Origin: Betaproteobacteria bacterium
GTDB taxonomy: Bacteria; Pseudomonadota; Gammaproteobacteria; Burkholderiales; Burkholderiaceae_C
NCBI GenBank assembly: GCA_031424355.1
Contig: JANPHI010000342.1
Span: 6,394-70,393 of the forward strand
Direction of reading: 5' to 3'
DNA length: 64,000 nt
The notes under the pieces are model-generated. The model saw only the letters and a list, made by a program, of their open reading frames with translations, did no database searches and was not told the origin of the DNA. Position numbers and translations under genes: made by a program. Each line of letters opens with the position of its first letter. Position 1 is the first letter of the stretch. Positions 55,088 through 64,000 of the stretch are shown one piece after another.

Positions 55088-56782
55088 GTGATCCCGAACC
55101 TGCAGCAGTGGCAGCGGCGCCTGCGCCTGCGGCAGCGCCAGCGCATCCGGCTGTCACCCATCGCCGTGCTGGCGCTGTGCGCCGCCGTCGCCACGCTGGT
55201 GAGCTGGACTTCGCTGGCGCTGGCGGCCGAGGCTGCTGGCCCGGCGGATGCGCCCCGCTTCGACCTGCTGGAAATCCAGGTCGAAGGCAACAGCGTGCTG
55301 AACGCGCTGGCCATCGAAGCCGCGGTGCTGCCTTCCCTGGGCGAAGGCAAAACCATCGCCGATGTGGATGCGGCGCGCGCCGCACTGGAGAAGGCCTACC
55401 AGCAGGCCGGCTACCTCAGCGTTTTCGTCGATGTGCCCGAGCAGCGTGTCGACCAGGGCGTGGTGCGGCTGAAGGTGCTGGAAGGCCGGGTGGAGCGATT
55501 GCGGGTCAGCGGTGCGCGCTACTTCTCGCAGGGCTACATCCGCCAGACGGTGAGCGAACTGGCCGTCGGCCAGGTGCCCAACTTCAACACCGTGCAGGCG
55601 CAGGTGGGGCAACTCAACCGCACGGAAGACCGCCGCGTGCAGCCGGTGCTCAAGCCCGGGCAGGCGCCGGGCACGGTGGACGTGGACCTCAACGTCACCG
55701 ACCGCCTGCCAGCCGATGCGTCCATCGAAATCACCAACCGCCACGCCGCTGCGACCACGCCTTTTCGGTTGAGCGCCAGCGGCCACTACAACAACCTGTG
55801 GCAGCGCGGGCACAGCATCGGCTTCACGGCCACCACCGCGCCGGCCGACACGAAACAGTCGCGCCTGCTGCTGCTGAACTACGGCCTGCCGCTCGATGGC
55901 GACGCCAGCCTCAGCCTGTTCGCGGTGTCCAGCAACAGCCTGGTCGAACCGGTCAGCGCGGTCACCGTCGCGGGCAAGGGCCTGAACGTCGGTCTGCGCT
56001 GGCAAGCCCCATTGCCAGGCCTGGCGCGCTACAGCCACGGCATCACGCTGGGGGTGGACTTCAAGGACTTCCGCACGCGCACCCTGCAGGCCGACACCGG
56101 CGTGCTGACCCCGCTGCGCTACCTGCCTTTCCAGCTGGGCTACAGCGCCGGCTGGCAGGGTGACGGCCGCCAGCTCAGCCTGAACACGCAGATCAATTTC
56201 GCCCAGCGCAGCCTTTTCAAGCGCAGCGTGGACTGCGCCGACGCCGGCCTGGCCGACCAGTTCGCCTGCAGCAGCAAGGACGCCGACGGCAGCTACGCCT
56301 ACTGGCGCGGCGACCTGCGGTTCAACCTCGGCGCGTGGGGCGGTTCCACGGCCTCGGCGCGGGTGGGCTGGCAGTTCTCGCTGGAGCCGCTGGTCAGCAA
56401 CGAACGCTACGCCCTGGGCGGCGTGGACAGCGTGCGCGGCTACCTGGAAGCCGAAGCCTCGGGCGACCGCGCCCTGGTGCTGGGCCTGGAATGGCGCAGC
56501 GCCAACCTGGGCGGCAGCAAGGGCTGGATGGCTCCAGCCGGCCTGTCGGGGGTTGACGATCTCACCGTGGCCGGCTTCGCCGAAGGGGGCCAGGTCAACG
56601 TGCTGAACGCCCTGCCCGGCCAGGCCCTGCACACGGTGCGGCGCGGCCTGGGCCTGGCACTGAACTGGCGCGCCGGCCCCCGCGCCAACGGCGGCGTGGA
56701 CCTGGCTTGGCCGCTGGACGCCACTGCTGAAAACGCGGCCCGCGCACCCCGCTTTCACCTGCGCGTGGCCTACGCACTGTGA
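55088..56782 (+). CDS. ShlB/FhaC/HecB-family (TpsB) outer-membrane transporter
   Basis: POTRA motifs VEGNSVL, LEKAYQQAGY, VPEQ, GVVRL; LGGVDSVRGY; C-terminal alternating strand ending VAYAL. Confidence 0.92.
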   Translation: MIPNLQQWQRRLRLRQRQRIRLSPIAVLALCAAVATLVSWTSLALAAEAAGPADAPRFDLLEIQVEGNSVLNALAIEAAVLPSLGEGKTIADVDAARAALEKAYQQAGYLSVFVDVPEQRVDQGVVRLKVLEGRVERLRVSGARYFSQGYIRQTVSELAVGQVPNFNTVQAQVGQLNRTEDRRVQPVLKPGQAPGTVDVDLNVTDRLPADASIEITNRHAAATTPFRLSASGHYNNLWQRGHSIGFTATTAPADTKQSRLLLLNYGLPLDGDASLSLFAVSSNSLVEPVSAVTVAGKGLNVGLRWQAPLPGLARYSHGITLGVDFKDFRTRTLQADTGVLTPLRYLPFQLGYSAGWQGDGRQLSLNTQINFAQRSLFKRSVDCADAGLADQFACSSKDADGSYAYWRGDLRFNLGAWGGSTASARVGWQFSLEPLVSNERYALGGVDSVRGYLEAEASGDRALVLGLEWRSANLGGSKGWMAPAGLSGVDDLTVAGFAEGGQVNVLNALPGQALHTVRRGLGLALNWRAGPRANGGVDLAWPLDATAENAARAPRFHLRVAYAL

Positions 56783-59700
56783 ACACCCTGCTCGCATCCG
56801 CAGCCCCCGGAGACCCCGTAAAGGGCGCCGGCCTGCCGCTGGCGCCGGTGTGCGCCCAGGCGCCAGCGCCCAGCCCGGCCACGTCGCGCCGCACGCAGAT
56901 CGCGCTGGCCGTGGCGCTGCTGCTGCCCGCCACCTGGCCGGCGCAGGGCGCTGGTCCGGCCGCCGTGCCGACCACCGCCCTGCCCCAACCCGCCGCCAAG
57001 TGGGCTACCAGCGGCACCGCCACCTACCAGACCACCGTCAACCCCAGCGGCGCCGGCAGCGCCAGCGCGGTGGTCAACCAAAGCAGCAACCGCGCGGTCT
57101 ACAACTGGTCGCAGTTCAACATCGGCGCGAACGCCAAGGTCGAGTTCGTGATGCCGGGCAGCACCAGCAGCGCGCTCAACCGCATCGGCGGCAGCGACCC
57201 CAGCCAGATCCTGGGCCAGCTGAAATCGAACGGCCAGCTCTACCTTGTCAACCCCAACGGCATCCTGTTCGGCAGCGGTGCGCGCGTGGACGTGGGCGGG
57301 CTGGTGGCCAGCACGCTGAACATCAGCGACGCCGACTTCGCCGCCGGCCTGGCCAACAACATCAACGGCACCCGCCCGGCCTTCAGCTACGACGGCACGC
57401 CGGCCGACTACGTCGATGCCAAGCAGTTCGTGCGCGTCGACAGCGGCGCCGAGATCACCACCGCCAGCGGCGGCCGCGTGTGGCTGTTCGCCAAGCGCGT
57501 GGACAACGCCGGCCGCATCCGCACGCCTGAGGGCCAGACCGTGATGGCAGCCGGTGCCAGCGTCTACCTGAGCTCACCCACCGACAACGGCGCGCTGGCG
57601 CTCTACGCTTCGGAAAGCAACCCCAACCTGCCGGCCACGCGCGGCCTGCTGGTCGAAGTGGGCGACGGCGCACTCGGCGCGGGCCAGGGCAGCGGCACGG
57701 TGACCAACGTGGCCGGCGGCGACATCGCGGCGGCACGCGGCAACGTCACGTTGGTGGGCATGGCTGTGAACCAGCTCGGCCGCGTGTCGGCCACCACCAG
57801 CGTGGACAGCAACGGCTCCATCCTGCTGCTGGCGCGCGGCAGCACGGTGCCCGGCGACAGCACTTTCAAGCAGGGCGGCACCGGCGGCGCCCTGACGCTG
57901 GGTGCGGCCAGCGTCACCACCATCACGCCCGACACCGGGTCTGCACAGACCGCCGACAGCAGCGCCACTTTCACGCGTTCGCGCCTGGAATTCAGCGGGC
58001 GCAGCATCGAACTGCAGGGCAGCGCTGGCGACGCCGGGGGCGGCGCGCAAGTGATCGCACCCGGCGCCGTGGCCAACCTGCGCGCGCAGGCTGCGCCCAG
58101 CGCTGCGCTGGCCGACGACACCAACACCGCCACCGCCCGCGCTGCCGACGCAGCCAGCCGCATCGTGCTGCAGCGGAACGCCGCCATCGACGTGGCCGGC
58201 ACGACCAGCACCACGGCCTCGGTAGCGCGCAACTTCGTGACCACCGAACTGCTGGGCAGCAACGACCTGCGCGACGCACCGCTGCAGAAAGACGGCCCGC
58301 TGCTGCGCAACAAGGTCACGCTGGACATCCGCAGTGCCTCGCCCATCCTGGGCGACCTGGCCAGCTACCGCGCCGCCGTGCAGCAGGACGCCACCGAAAA
58401 GCTGGCCAGCGGCGGCAGCCTCACGCTGGTGGCCGACGGCGGCGTGGCGGCGCAGGCCGGCTCGCGCATCGACATCTCGGGCGGCGCGGTGAACTACACC
58501 GCCGCCAGCGCCAGCCCCAGCACGCTGGTGGGCCCTGACGGCCGCGTCTACACGCTGAACAACGCGCCGGCCGGCATCGCCTACACCGCCGTGCAGGGAC
58601 CCGGCACGACGAGCGCGAAGGAGCGCGACCGCTGGGGCGTGGTCACGAACTACGGCGCCGGCGACGGCACCCGGCTGGAAGCCGGCTACACCGCCGGGCA
58701 GGACGCAGGCACCCTGCGCATCCTGGCGCCTGTCGCCGACCTGGCGGGCAGCCTGGCCGGCGGCGCCCGCAGCGGGCTGCGGCAGGCGCAGGGCCTGGAC
58801 GCGCTGGCTGCGCAGGGCCGGTTGCAGCTGGGCTCGACGCTGGGCCTGGGCACCGAGAACTACAACACCGCCATCGCCACCACGCCCATCAGCCTGGGTG
58901 CGCAGGCCGGCAGCGGCGGAGCTGCCTTCTGGGCCAACCCGCTGACGACGGCGCTGCCCACGCAGACGCGCCTGTCCGCCGACGCGCTGGCCGCGTCCGG
59001 CCTGGGCCGCATCGAGCTGGCCAGCGACGGCGCCATCGAACTGACGCGCAGCCTGCAGCTGCCCACGAACGGCAGCCTGCTGCTGGTGACACGCGGTGCT
59101 GGTGGCATCGCGCTGGACGCCTCGGTGACAGCCCACGGCGGCAGCTTCAGCGCTGAAACGGTGGGCACCCTGGCCGGCAGCGGCAGCATCCGCCTGGCCG
59201 GCGGCGCCACGCTGGATGCCAGCGGCCTGTGGGTCAACCCCTTGCTGGACGCCACCACGCCCACGGCGGGCACGGCCGGCGGTTCGGTGGCGCTGAAAGG
59301 CGCGGGCGGCGTGTTGACGGCTGTGGGCTCGGCCATCGATGTCTCTGGCGGCGGGCGCGTCAGCAGCAGCGGCGCGATCAGCGGCGCCAGCGCCGGCAGC
59401 ATCAGCCTGCTGGCCGGCGTGGCGCCGTCCACCGTGCCGGGGTTGGCCGGTGGCGCACTGCCCTTCACGCTGGGTTCACAGCTCAGCGGCTACGGCCTGA
59501 CCGGCGGCGGCAAGCTGACGCTGCGCGCGGCGTCGGTGGCCATCGTCGACGGGACTGATTCGACCGTCCAGCTGCAGCTGTCGACCGGCTTCTTCAGCCA
59601 GGGCGGTTTCGGCAGTTTCGACATCGACGGCCAGCAGTCGCTGACCGTGGCCGCCGGCACGCTGCTGGCCCCGCGCATCAGCAGCTGGCTGGCAGGCGCC

Positions 59701-62700
59701 GACGCCCGCGTGGCCGCCAGCGGCACGCCGTTGCGCCAGCTCTTCAGCCTGACCACGCTGGCCGACGGCCTGCGCCCCCGCGTCAGCCTGGCGCTGCGGT
59801 CCAGCGGCAGCGGCAACGACACCACCGACGGCCAGTTGCTGGTGGCGCGCGGCGCGCAGATCAACGTCGACCCGGGCGCCAGCATCGCGCTGAGCGCCGC
59901 CACCACGGTGGACCTGGAAGGCAGCCTGCGGGCCCCTGGCGGCAACGTCGCGCTGGCCTTGACCAAAGCCAACGCCACCCTGGCCGCCACCTACGCCGCG
60001 CCGCGCGCCGTCTGGCTGGGCGAGGCCAGCGTCATCGACGCCGCGGGCAGCGTGGTCATCACGCCCACCACCGACGGCCTGCGCCGGGGCAATGTGCAGG
60101 ACGGCGGCAGCGTCAGCCTGGACGCCAGCCGCGGCCCGCCGGCCAGCGTGGTGCAGCAGGCGGGCAGCCGCATCGACCTGCGCGGCGCCGCCGGCACGCT
60201 GGACCTCAGCGTGCAGGGCGCCGGCGGCCCACGCACCGAGGCCACGCGCGTCGAAGGCGCCGGCGGCAGCCTGGTCGTTGCCAGCAACAAGGACCTGCTG
60301 CTGGAAGGCAGGCTGGACGCTGCTTCGGGCGGGCCGACGGCGCCGGGCGGCAGCGCCGCCATCAGCCTGGCTTCGGTCTTCGACAGCGCCAGCCGCACGG
60401 CCAGCGACCGCCCGCTGCTGCGCGACCTGACCGCGACGCCGACCACCGCCCGCAGCACCGCCGGGCAGACGCTGGCCAGCCACGGCGGCGCCTCGGCCGT
60501 CGGCAACGCGCGCGTTTCGGCAGACTGGTTGCAGGCCGCCGGCCTGGCCAACGCGACGCTGACATCGGCCGACCGCGTGGTGCTGGACGGCACGCTGAAC
60601 CTGACCCTGCCCGGGCTGTTGAAGCTGGACGCGCCGGTGATAGCCGCCGACGCCAGCACCAACGCCCGCCTGACCGCCGGCAGCGTGCTGCTGACCAGCA
60701 GCGGCGCGCAGGTTGACGGCCGCGCGGTGAGACCCGAACTGACGGCCGGCCAGACCACGCTGCCGGCCGTGCTGCGCAACGCCAGCGAGGGCAGCGGCCG
60801 GCTAGCCGTCAGCGGCGGGCTGGTGGAACTGCAGGGCAGCCTGGTCACGCAGGGCCTGGGCCGCATCGCGCTGAACAGCAGTGGCGACCTGCGCCTGGTG
60901 GGCGCCGCGCCGCAGGTGCAAGGCGACAGGGCTGGGCAGCTCGTCAGCGCCGGCCGGCTGGACACCCGCGCCGACCTGAGCCTGAGCGCCGCGCAGGTCT
61001 ACACCAGCACCGACACGCACTACACGCTGGAAGCGCCCGGGCACAGCGTGAGCGTGGCCGCGCCGCCGACCAGCGCCACGGGTGGCCCGCCCGCGCCGCT
61101 GTCGGCCGGCGGTGTGCTGACGGTTGCCGCCGCGCGCATCGAACAGGCCGGCGTGCTGCGCGTGCCGGGCGGCACCATCGACCTGCAAGCCACCGAGAGC
61201 GTCGCGCTGCGCAGCGGCAGTATCACCTCGGTGGCGCAGGGCGGGCTGACGGTGCCCTACGGCAGCACGCTCAACGGCAGTGTCTGGCGCGACAGCCTGG
61301 GCAATGTGCTGGCCGCGCCGCCCGAAAAGACGGTGACGCTGCAGGCCCCGCAGGGCAACGTGGCGCTGGACGCCGGCGCCGTGGTGGACCTGTCGGGTGG
61401 CGGTGCGCTGGCGGCCTACGAATTCATCCCCGGCCCCGGTGGCAGCCGCGACATCTTTGCCGGTGCCGCCAAAGGCGCCTACGCGCTGGTGCCCGGCCAG
61501 ACCGGTGCCGCGCCGCTCGACCGCACGATGCGCGGCCTGACCGACACCAGCGGCGGCGCGTCCAACATCGCCTACGGCCAGCAGATCACCATCGGCAACA
61601 TCGGCGGGAGCACCGAAAAGGCCGCGCTGCCCGCCGGCACCTACACCCTGCTGCCTGCACGCTACGCGCTGTTGCCGGGCGCCTGGCTGGTCACGCCCAG
61701 CAGCGCCGGCCCGCGCGACCTGGGCGCCACCGTGGCACTGGACAACGGCGCTTTCCTGGGCGGCGGCCGGCTGGTCACCGCCGGCACGAACTGGGCGGGT
61801 GCCACGCCGCTGAGCTGGGTCTTCACGCCGTCGGCGGTGGCGCGCAAGTCGTCGGAAATCCGCATCAGCGACGCCACCACCTTCTTCGACGCGCAGGCCC
61901 GGACCGCCGGCACCTCGGTGCCGCGCCTGGGCAGCGACGCGGGCACGCTGAACCTGGCCGCCGCCAGCGCCGCACTCGACGCCGACCTGCGTTTCGCCGT
62001 TGGCAGCCTCACGCGCGATGGCGTGGTGGAGCCCGGGCGTGGCGGCGAGATCGACATCTCGGCACCGGCCATCGAAGTCAGCACACGCAGCAAGGCTGAC
62101 GTGCCCGCCGGCACCCTGCTGCTGACCCCCCAGCAGCTGAACCAGGCCGGCAGCGCCAGCCTGCTGCTGGGTGGCCTGCGCCAGGGCAGCGATGCCCAGG
62201 GGCGGCTGCTGCAGGTCGGCGCGCAGACCGTCACCATCGACACGGTCGGCACCGCCGACAGGCCGGGCGCAACGCTGAAGGCCGCCGACCTCATCGTGGC
62301 GGCCCGCAACACCATCACCGTCGCGGCGGGCAGCCAGCTGCTGGCCCCGGCGTCCAGCGCAGCGGACAGCGTCTCGACCAGCACGGCGGCCCCGGCCGGC
62401 ACGGTCAGCGTCGTCGGCGACGGCGCGTTGCTGCGCCTGAGCCGCAGCGCCGACGCGGGCGTGCTGCGCAGCGGCGTCGTCGGCGTGTTGGGCGACAAGG
62501 CACTGGAACGCCCGGGGGACCTGGTCGTCGGCGCCGGGGCCAACTTGCAGGCCGGCAGCGGCAGCCTGGTCCTGGACGCCACGCGCAGCACGTCGCTGGC
62601 GCCCACCGCCCGGCTGGGCGGCGCGCAGATCCAGCTGAGCAGCGGACGCATCGCCGTGGGCACCGCCGACAGCCAGCTGGCCGGCAAGGACGTGCTGCTG

Positions 62701-64000
62701 CTGGACGCCGGCCTGAACGACCAGCTCGCGCAGGCTTCGGCACTCACGCTGCGCAGCTACTCGGCCATCGACTTCTACGGCACCGCCACGCTGGGCGGCA
62801 GCGGCCAGGGCCGGCTGTCCCTGGACACACCCGCGCTGAGCCTGCGGGGCGTCAGCGGCGGCACGCCCGTGCAGGCCAGCGTGGTGGCGCAGGACCTGCG
62901 GTGGGTCAACACCTTGGGCATCGAGCCACCGAAAGCAGCCGACGGCGTGGCGGTCACCGGCACCCTGCAACTGCAGGCCCTGGCCGGCGCGGCCGCGGGC
63001 AGCGACGCGGTCGCGCTGGGTGGTGGCACGGTCACCTTGGGTGACGGCCAGAAGGCCATCACCGGCGCCAGCCTGGCGCAGGTGGACGCCGCCACCGCGG
63101 TGCAGCTGAACGGCCAGGGCCGGTTGCAGACCGACGGTGCGCTCAACCTCTACACGCCGCGCCTGCAGGCCAGCGCGGGCAGCGCGCCGGTGCTGTCGGC
63201 AGCAGGTTCGCTGGCGCTGTGGCCCGGGCGGACTTCCGGGGCCAGCGCGAACGCCAGCGCCAACGCCATCGGCAGCCCCGACCCGGCCGCTGCCCTGGGC
63301 GCACGCTTGAGCCTGGCCGGAACGACCGTGAACATCGGCACGCTGGTCGACCTGCCGACGGGCACGCTGACGGTCACCGCCTCGGGGGCCGGCAGCAGCG
63401 CCAGCGCGCCGGCCATCGCTTTCGGCAGCGGCGCGCTCGTCAACCTGGCCGGCGTGCAGCGGCGCTTCGACGGCACGGCGGTGGACACCTCAGGCGGCCG
63501 GTTGGACGCGCTGGCTGCCAGCGGCGACATCCAGCTCGCTGCCGGCGCCACGCTCGACGTGTCGGCCGCCGGCCAGGGCAGCGCCGGCAGCGTGTCGCTG
63601 GTGGCCCCCGCCGGTCAGATCACGCTGGCTGGCAGCCTGCTGGGCCGCGCCACCCAGGCCGATCGCGGCGCCACGCTGCAGCTGGACAGCCAGGGCGGCA
63701 TCAGCCCCACCGCGCTGGCCACGCAGCTGGCGGCGGGGCGCACGGCCGCCCAAGGCAATTTCGCCAGCGCCATCGCCTGGCGCCAGCGCGCCGGCGACCT
63801 GCTGCTGCCCGACCAGGTCACGCTGGCTGCGCAGACGCTGACCCTGTCTGCCGACGTCGGCGCCATCGACCTGCGTGGGGTGCTGGACGCCAGCGGCAGC
63901 AGCGGCGGCCAGATCACCGTGGCGGCGGGCGGCACCTTGACGCTGAACGGCGCCACGCTGGACGCACGCGCCACCGGCGCCGGCAACGCTGGGGGCCGCA
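56779..64000 (+). CDS. Large filamentous haemagglutinin-family (TpsA-like) exoprotein, >2400 aa, partial
   Basis: GTG 56779 overlaps the upstream TGA; frame +1 read as open to the window end, which explains its absence from the ORF track. TPS domain NWSQFNIG, ALNRI, GQLKSNGQLYLVNPNGILFG; beta-helix G/A/T/L-rich repeats; EFIPGPGGSRD and YTLLPARYALLPGA. Confidence 0.93.
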   Translation, partial: MNTLLASAAPGDPVKGAGLPLAPVCAQAPAPSPATSRRTQIALAVALLLPATWPAQGAGPAAVPTTALPQPAAKWATSGTATYQTTVNPSGAGSASAVVNQSSNRAVYNWSQFNIGANAKVEFVMPGSTSSALNRIGGSDPSQILGQLKSNGQLYLVNPNGILFGSGARVDVGGLVASTLNISDADFAAGLANNINGTRPAFSYDGTPADYVDAKQFVRVDSGAEITTASGGRVWLFAKRVDNAGRIRTPEGQTVMAAGASVYLSSPTDNGALALYASESNPNLPATRGLLVEVGDGALGAGQGSGTVTNVAGGDIAAARGNVTLVGMAVNQLGRVSATTSVDSNGSILLLARGSTVPGDSTFKQGGTGGALTLGAASVTTITPDTGSAQTADSSATFTRSRLEFSGRSIELQGSAGDAGGGAQVIAPGAVANLRAQAAPSAALADDTNTATARAADAASRIVLQRNAAIDVAGTTSTTASVARNFVTTELLGSNDLRDAPLQKDGPLLRNKVTLDIRSASPILGDLASYRAAVQQDATEKLASGGSLTLVADGGVAAQAGSRIDISGGAVNYTAASASPSTLVGPDGRVYTLNNAPAGIAYTAVQGPGTTSAKERDRWGVVTNYGAGDGTRLEAGYTAGQDAGTLRILAPVADLAGSLAGGARSGLRQAQGLDALAAQGRLQLGSTLGLGTENYNTAIATTPISLGAQAGSGGAAFWANPLTTALPTQTRLSADALAASGLGRIELASDGAIELTRSLQLPTNGSLLLVTRGAGGIALDASVTAHGGSFSAETVGTLAGSGSIRLAGGATLDASGLWVNPLLDATTPTAGTAGGSVALKGAGGVLTAVGSAIDVSGGGRVSSSGAISGASAGSISLLAGVAPSTVPGLAGGALPFTLGSQLSGYGLTGGGKLTLRAASVAIVDGTDSTVQLQLSTGFFSQGGFGSFDIDGQQSLTVAAGTLLAPRISSWLAGADARVAASGTPLRQLFSLTTLADGLRPRVSLALRSSGSGNDTTDGQLLVARGAQINVDPGASIALSAATTVDLEGSLRAPGGNVALALTKANATLAATYAAPRAVWLGEASVIDAAGSVVITPTTDGLRRGNVQDGGSVSLDASRGPPASVVQQAGSRIDLRGAAGTLDLSVQGAGGPRTEATRVEGAGGSLVVASNKDLLLEGRLDAASGGPTAPGGSAAISLASVFDSASRTASDRPLLRDLTATPTTARSTAGQTLASHGGASAVGNARVSADWLQAAGLANATLTSADRVVLDGTLNLTLPGLLKLDAPVIAADASTNARLTAGSVLLTSSGAQVDGRAVRPELTAGQTTLPAVLRNASEGSGRLAVSGGLVELQGSLVTQGLGRIALNSSGDLRLVGAAPQVQGDRAGQLVSAGRLDTRADLSLSAAQVYTSTDTHYTLEAPGHSVSVAAPPTSATGGPPAPLSAGGVLTVAAARIEQAGVLRVPGGTIDLQATESVALRSGSITSVAQGGLTVPYGSTLNGSVWRDSLGNVLAAPPEKTVTLQAPQGNVALDAGAVVDLSGGGALAAYEFIPGPGGSRDIFAGAAKGAYALVPGQTGAAPLDRTMRGLTDTSGGASNIAYGQQITIGNIGGSTEKAALPAGTYTLLPARYALLPGAWLVTPSSAGPRDLGATVALDNGAFLGGGRLVTAGTNWAGATPLSWVFTPSAVARKSSEIRISDATTFFDAQARTAGTSVPRLGSDAGTLNLAAASAALDADLRFAVGSLTRDGVVEPGRGGEIDISAPAIEVSTRSKADVPAGTLLLTPQQLNQAGSASLLLGGLRQGSDAQGRLLQVGAQTVTIDTVGTADRPGATLKAADLIVAARNTITVAAGSQLLAPASSAADSVSTSTAAPAGTVSVVGDGALLRLSRSADAGVLRSGVVGVLGDKALERPGDLVVGAGANLQAGSGSLVLDATRSTSLAPTARLGGAQIQLSSGRIAVGTADSQLAGKDVLLLDAGLNDQLAQASALTLRSYSAIDFYGTATLGGSGQGRLSLDTPALSLRGVSGGTPVQASVVAQDLRWVNTLGIEPPKAADGVAVTGTLQLQALAGAAAGSDAVALGGGTVTLGDGQKAITGASLAQVDAATAVQLNGQGRLQTDGALNLYTPRLQASAGSAPVLSAAGSLALWPGRTSGASANASANAIGSPDPAAALGARLSLAGTTVNIGTLVDLPTGTLTVTASGAGSSASAPAIAFGSGALVNLAGVQRRFDGTAVDTSGGRLDALAASGDIQLAAGATLDVSAAGQGSAGSVSLVAPAGQITLAGSLLGRATQADRGATLQLDSQGGISPTALATQLAAGRTAAQGNFASAIAWRQRAGDLLLPDQVTLAAQTLTLSADVGAIDLRGVLDASGSSGGQITVAAGGTLTLNGATLDARATGAGNAGGR

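Noticed and set aside
57455-63986. Numerous long minus-strand ORFs
   Set aside because: Antisense shadows of the haemagglutinin gene
1-64000. CRISPR arrays, rRNA, tRNA, intact IS or prophage
   Set aside because: None seen; the repeats found are short tandem units or protein-coding repeats

Overview
High-GC window that looks betaproteobacterial (Burkholderiales-like, judged from Bug/TctC proteins and a Gram-negative porin). It has three blocks. (1) 1-14.7 kb: an IclR-regulated aromatic catabolic cluster with a two-component flavin monooxygenase, two single-domain VOC proteins, two meta-cleavage-hydrolase paralogues (one lacking its catalytic Ser and His), HpaH hydratase, HpaI aldolase, glutaryl-CoA dehydrogenase and a damaged CoA-transferase. 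(2) 15-40 kb: an accessory patchwork of PEP-CTERM surface proteins, secreted hydrolases and phosphoesterases (PHP, NAGPA-like, PhoD), an OlsB-like acyltransferase, a LysR/AtuA/Bug operon and several gene remnants. (3) 40-64 kb: a compact type II secretion-like cluster, then a lipoprotein, two paralogous PEP-CTERM proteins, a Cys-rich PstS/DING-like secreted protein, a ShlB/FhaC transporter and a >2400-aa filamentous-haemagglutinin-type protein that runs off the window. The most striking feature is ORF 40066-41247: an EpsA-like LuxR transcription factor fused in frame, with no stop codon, into the leader position of the major pseudopilin GspG (ERG|FTLLE). Prepilin peptidase cleavage would be expected to release a membrane-tethered regulator. 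A repeated CCGAACGG-core motif upstream of this operon and two downstream genes is a candidate operator. All family assignments come from motif recognition by eye; no searches were run.
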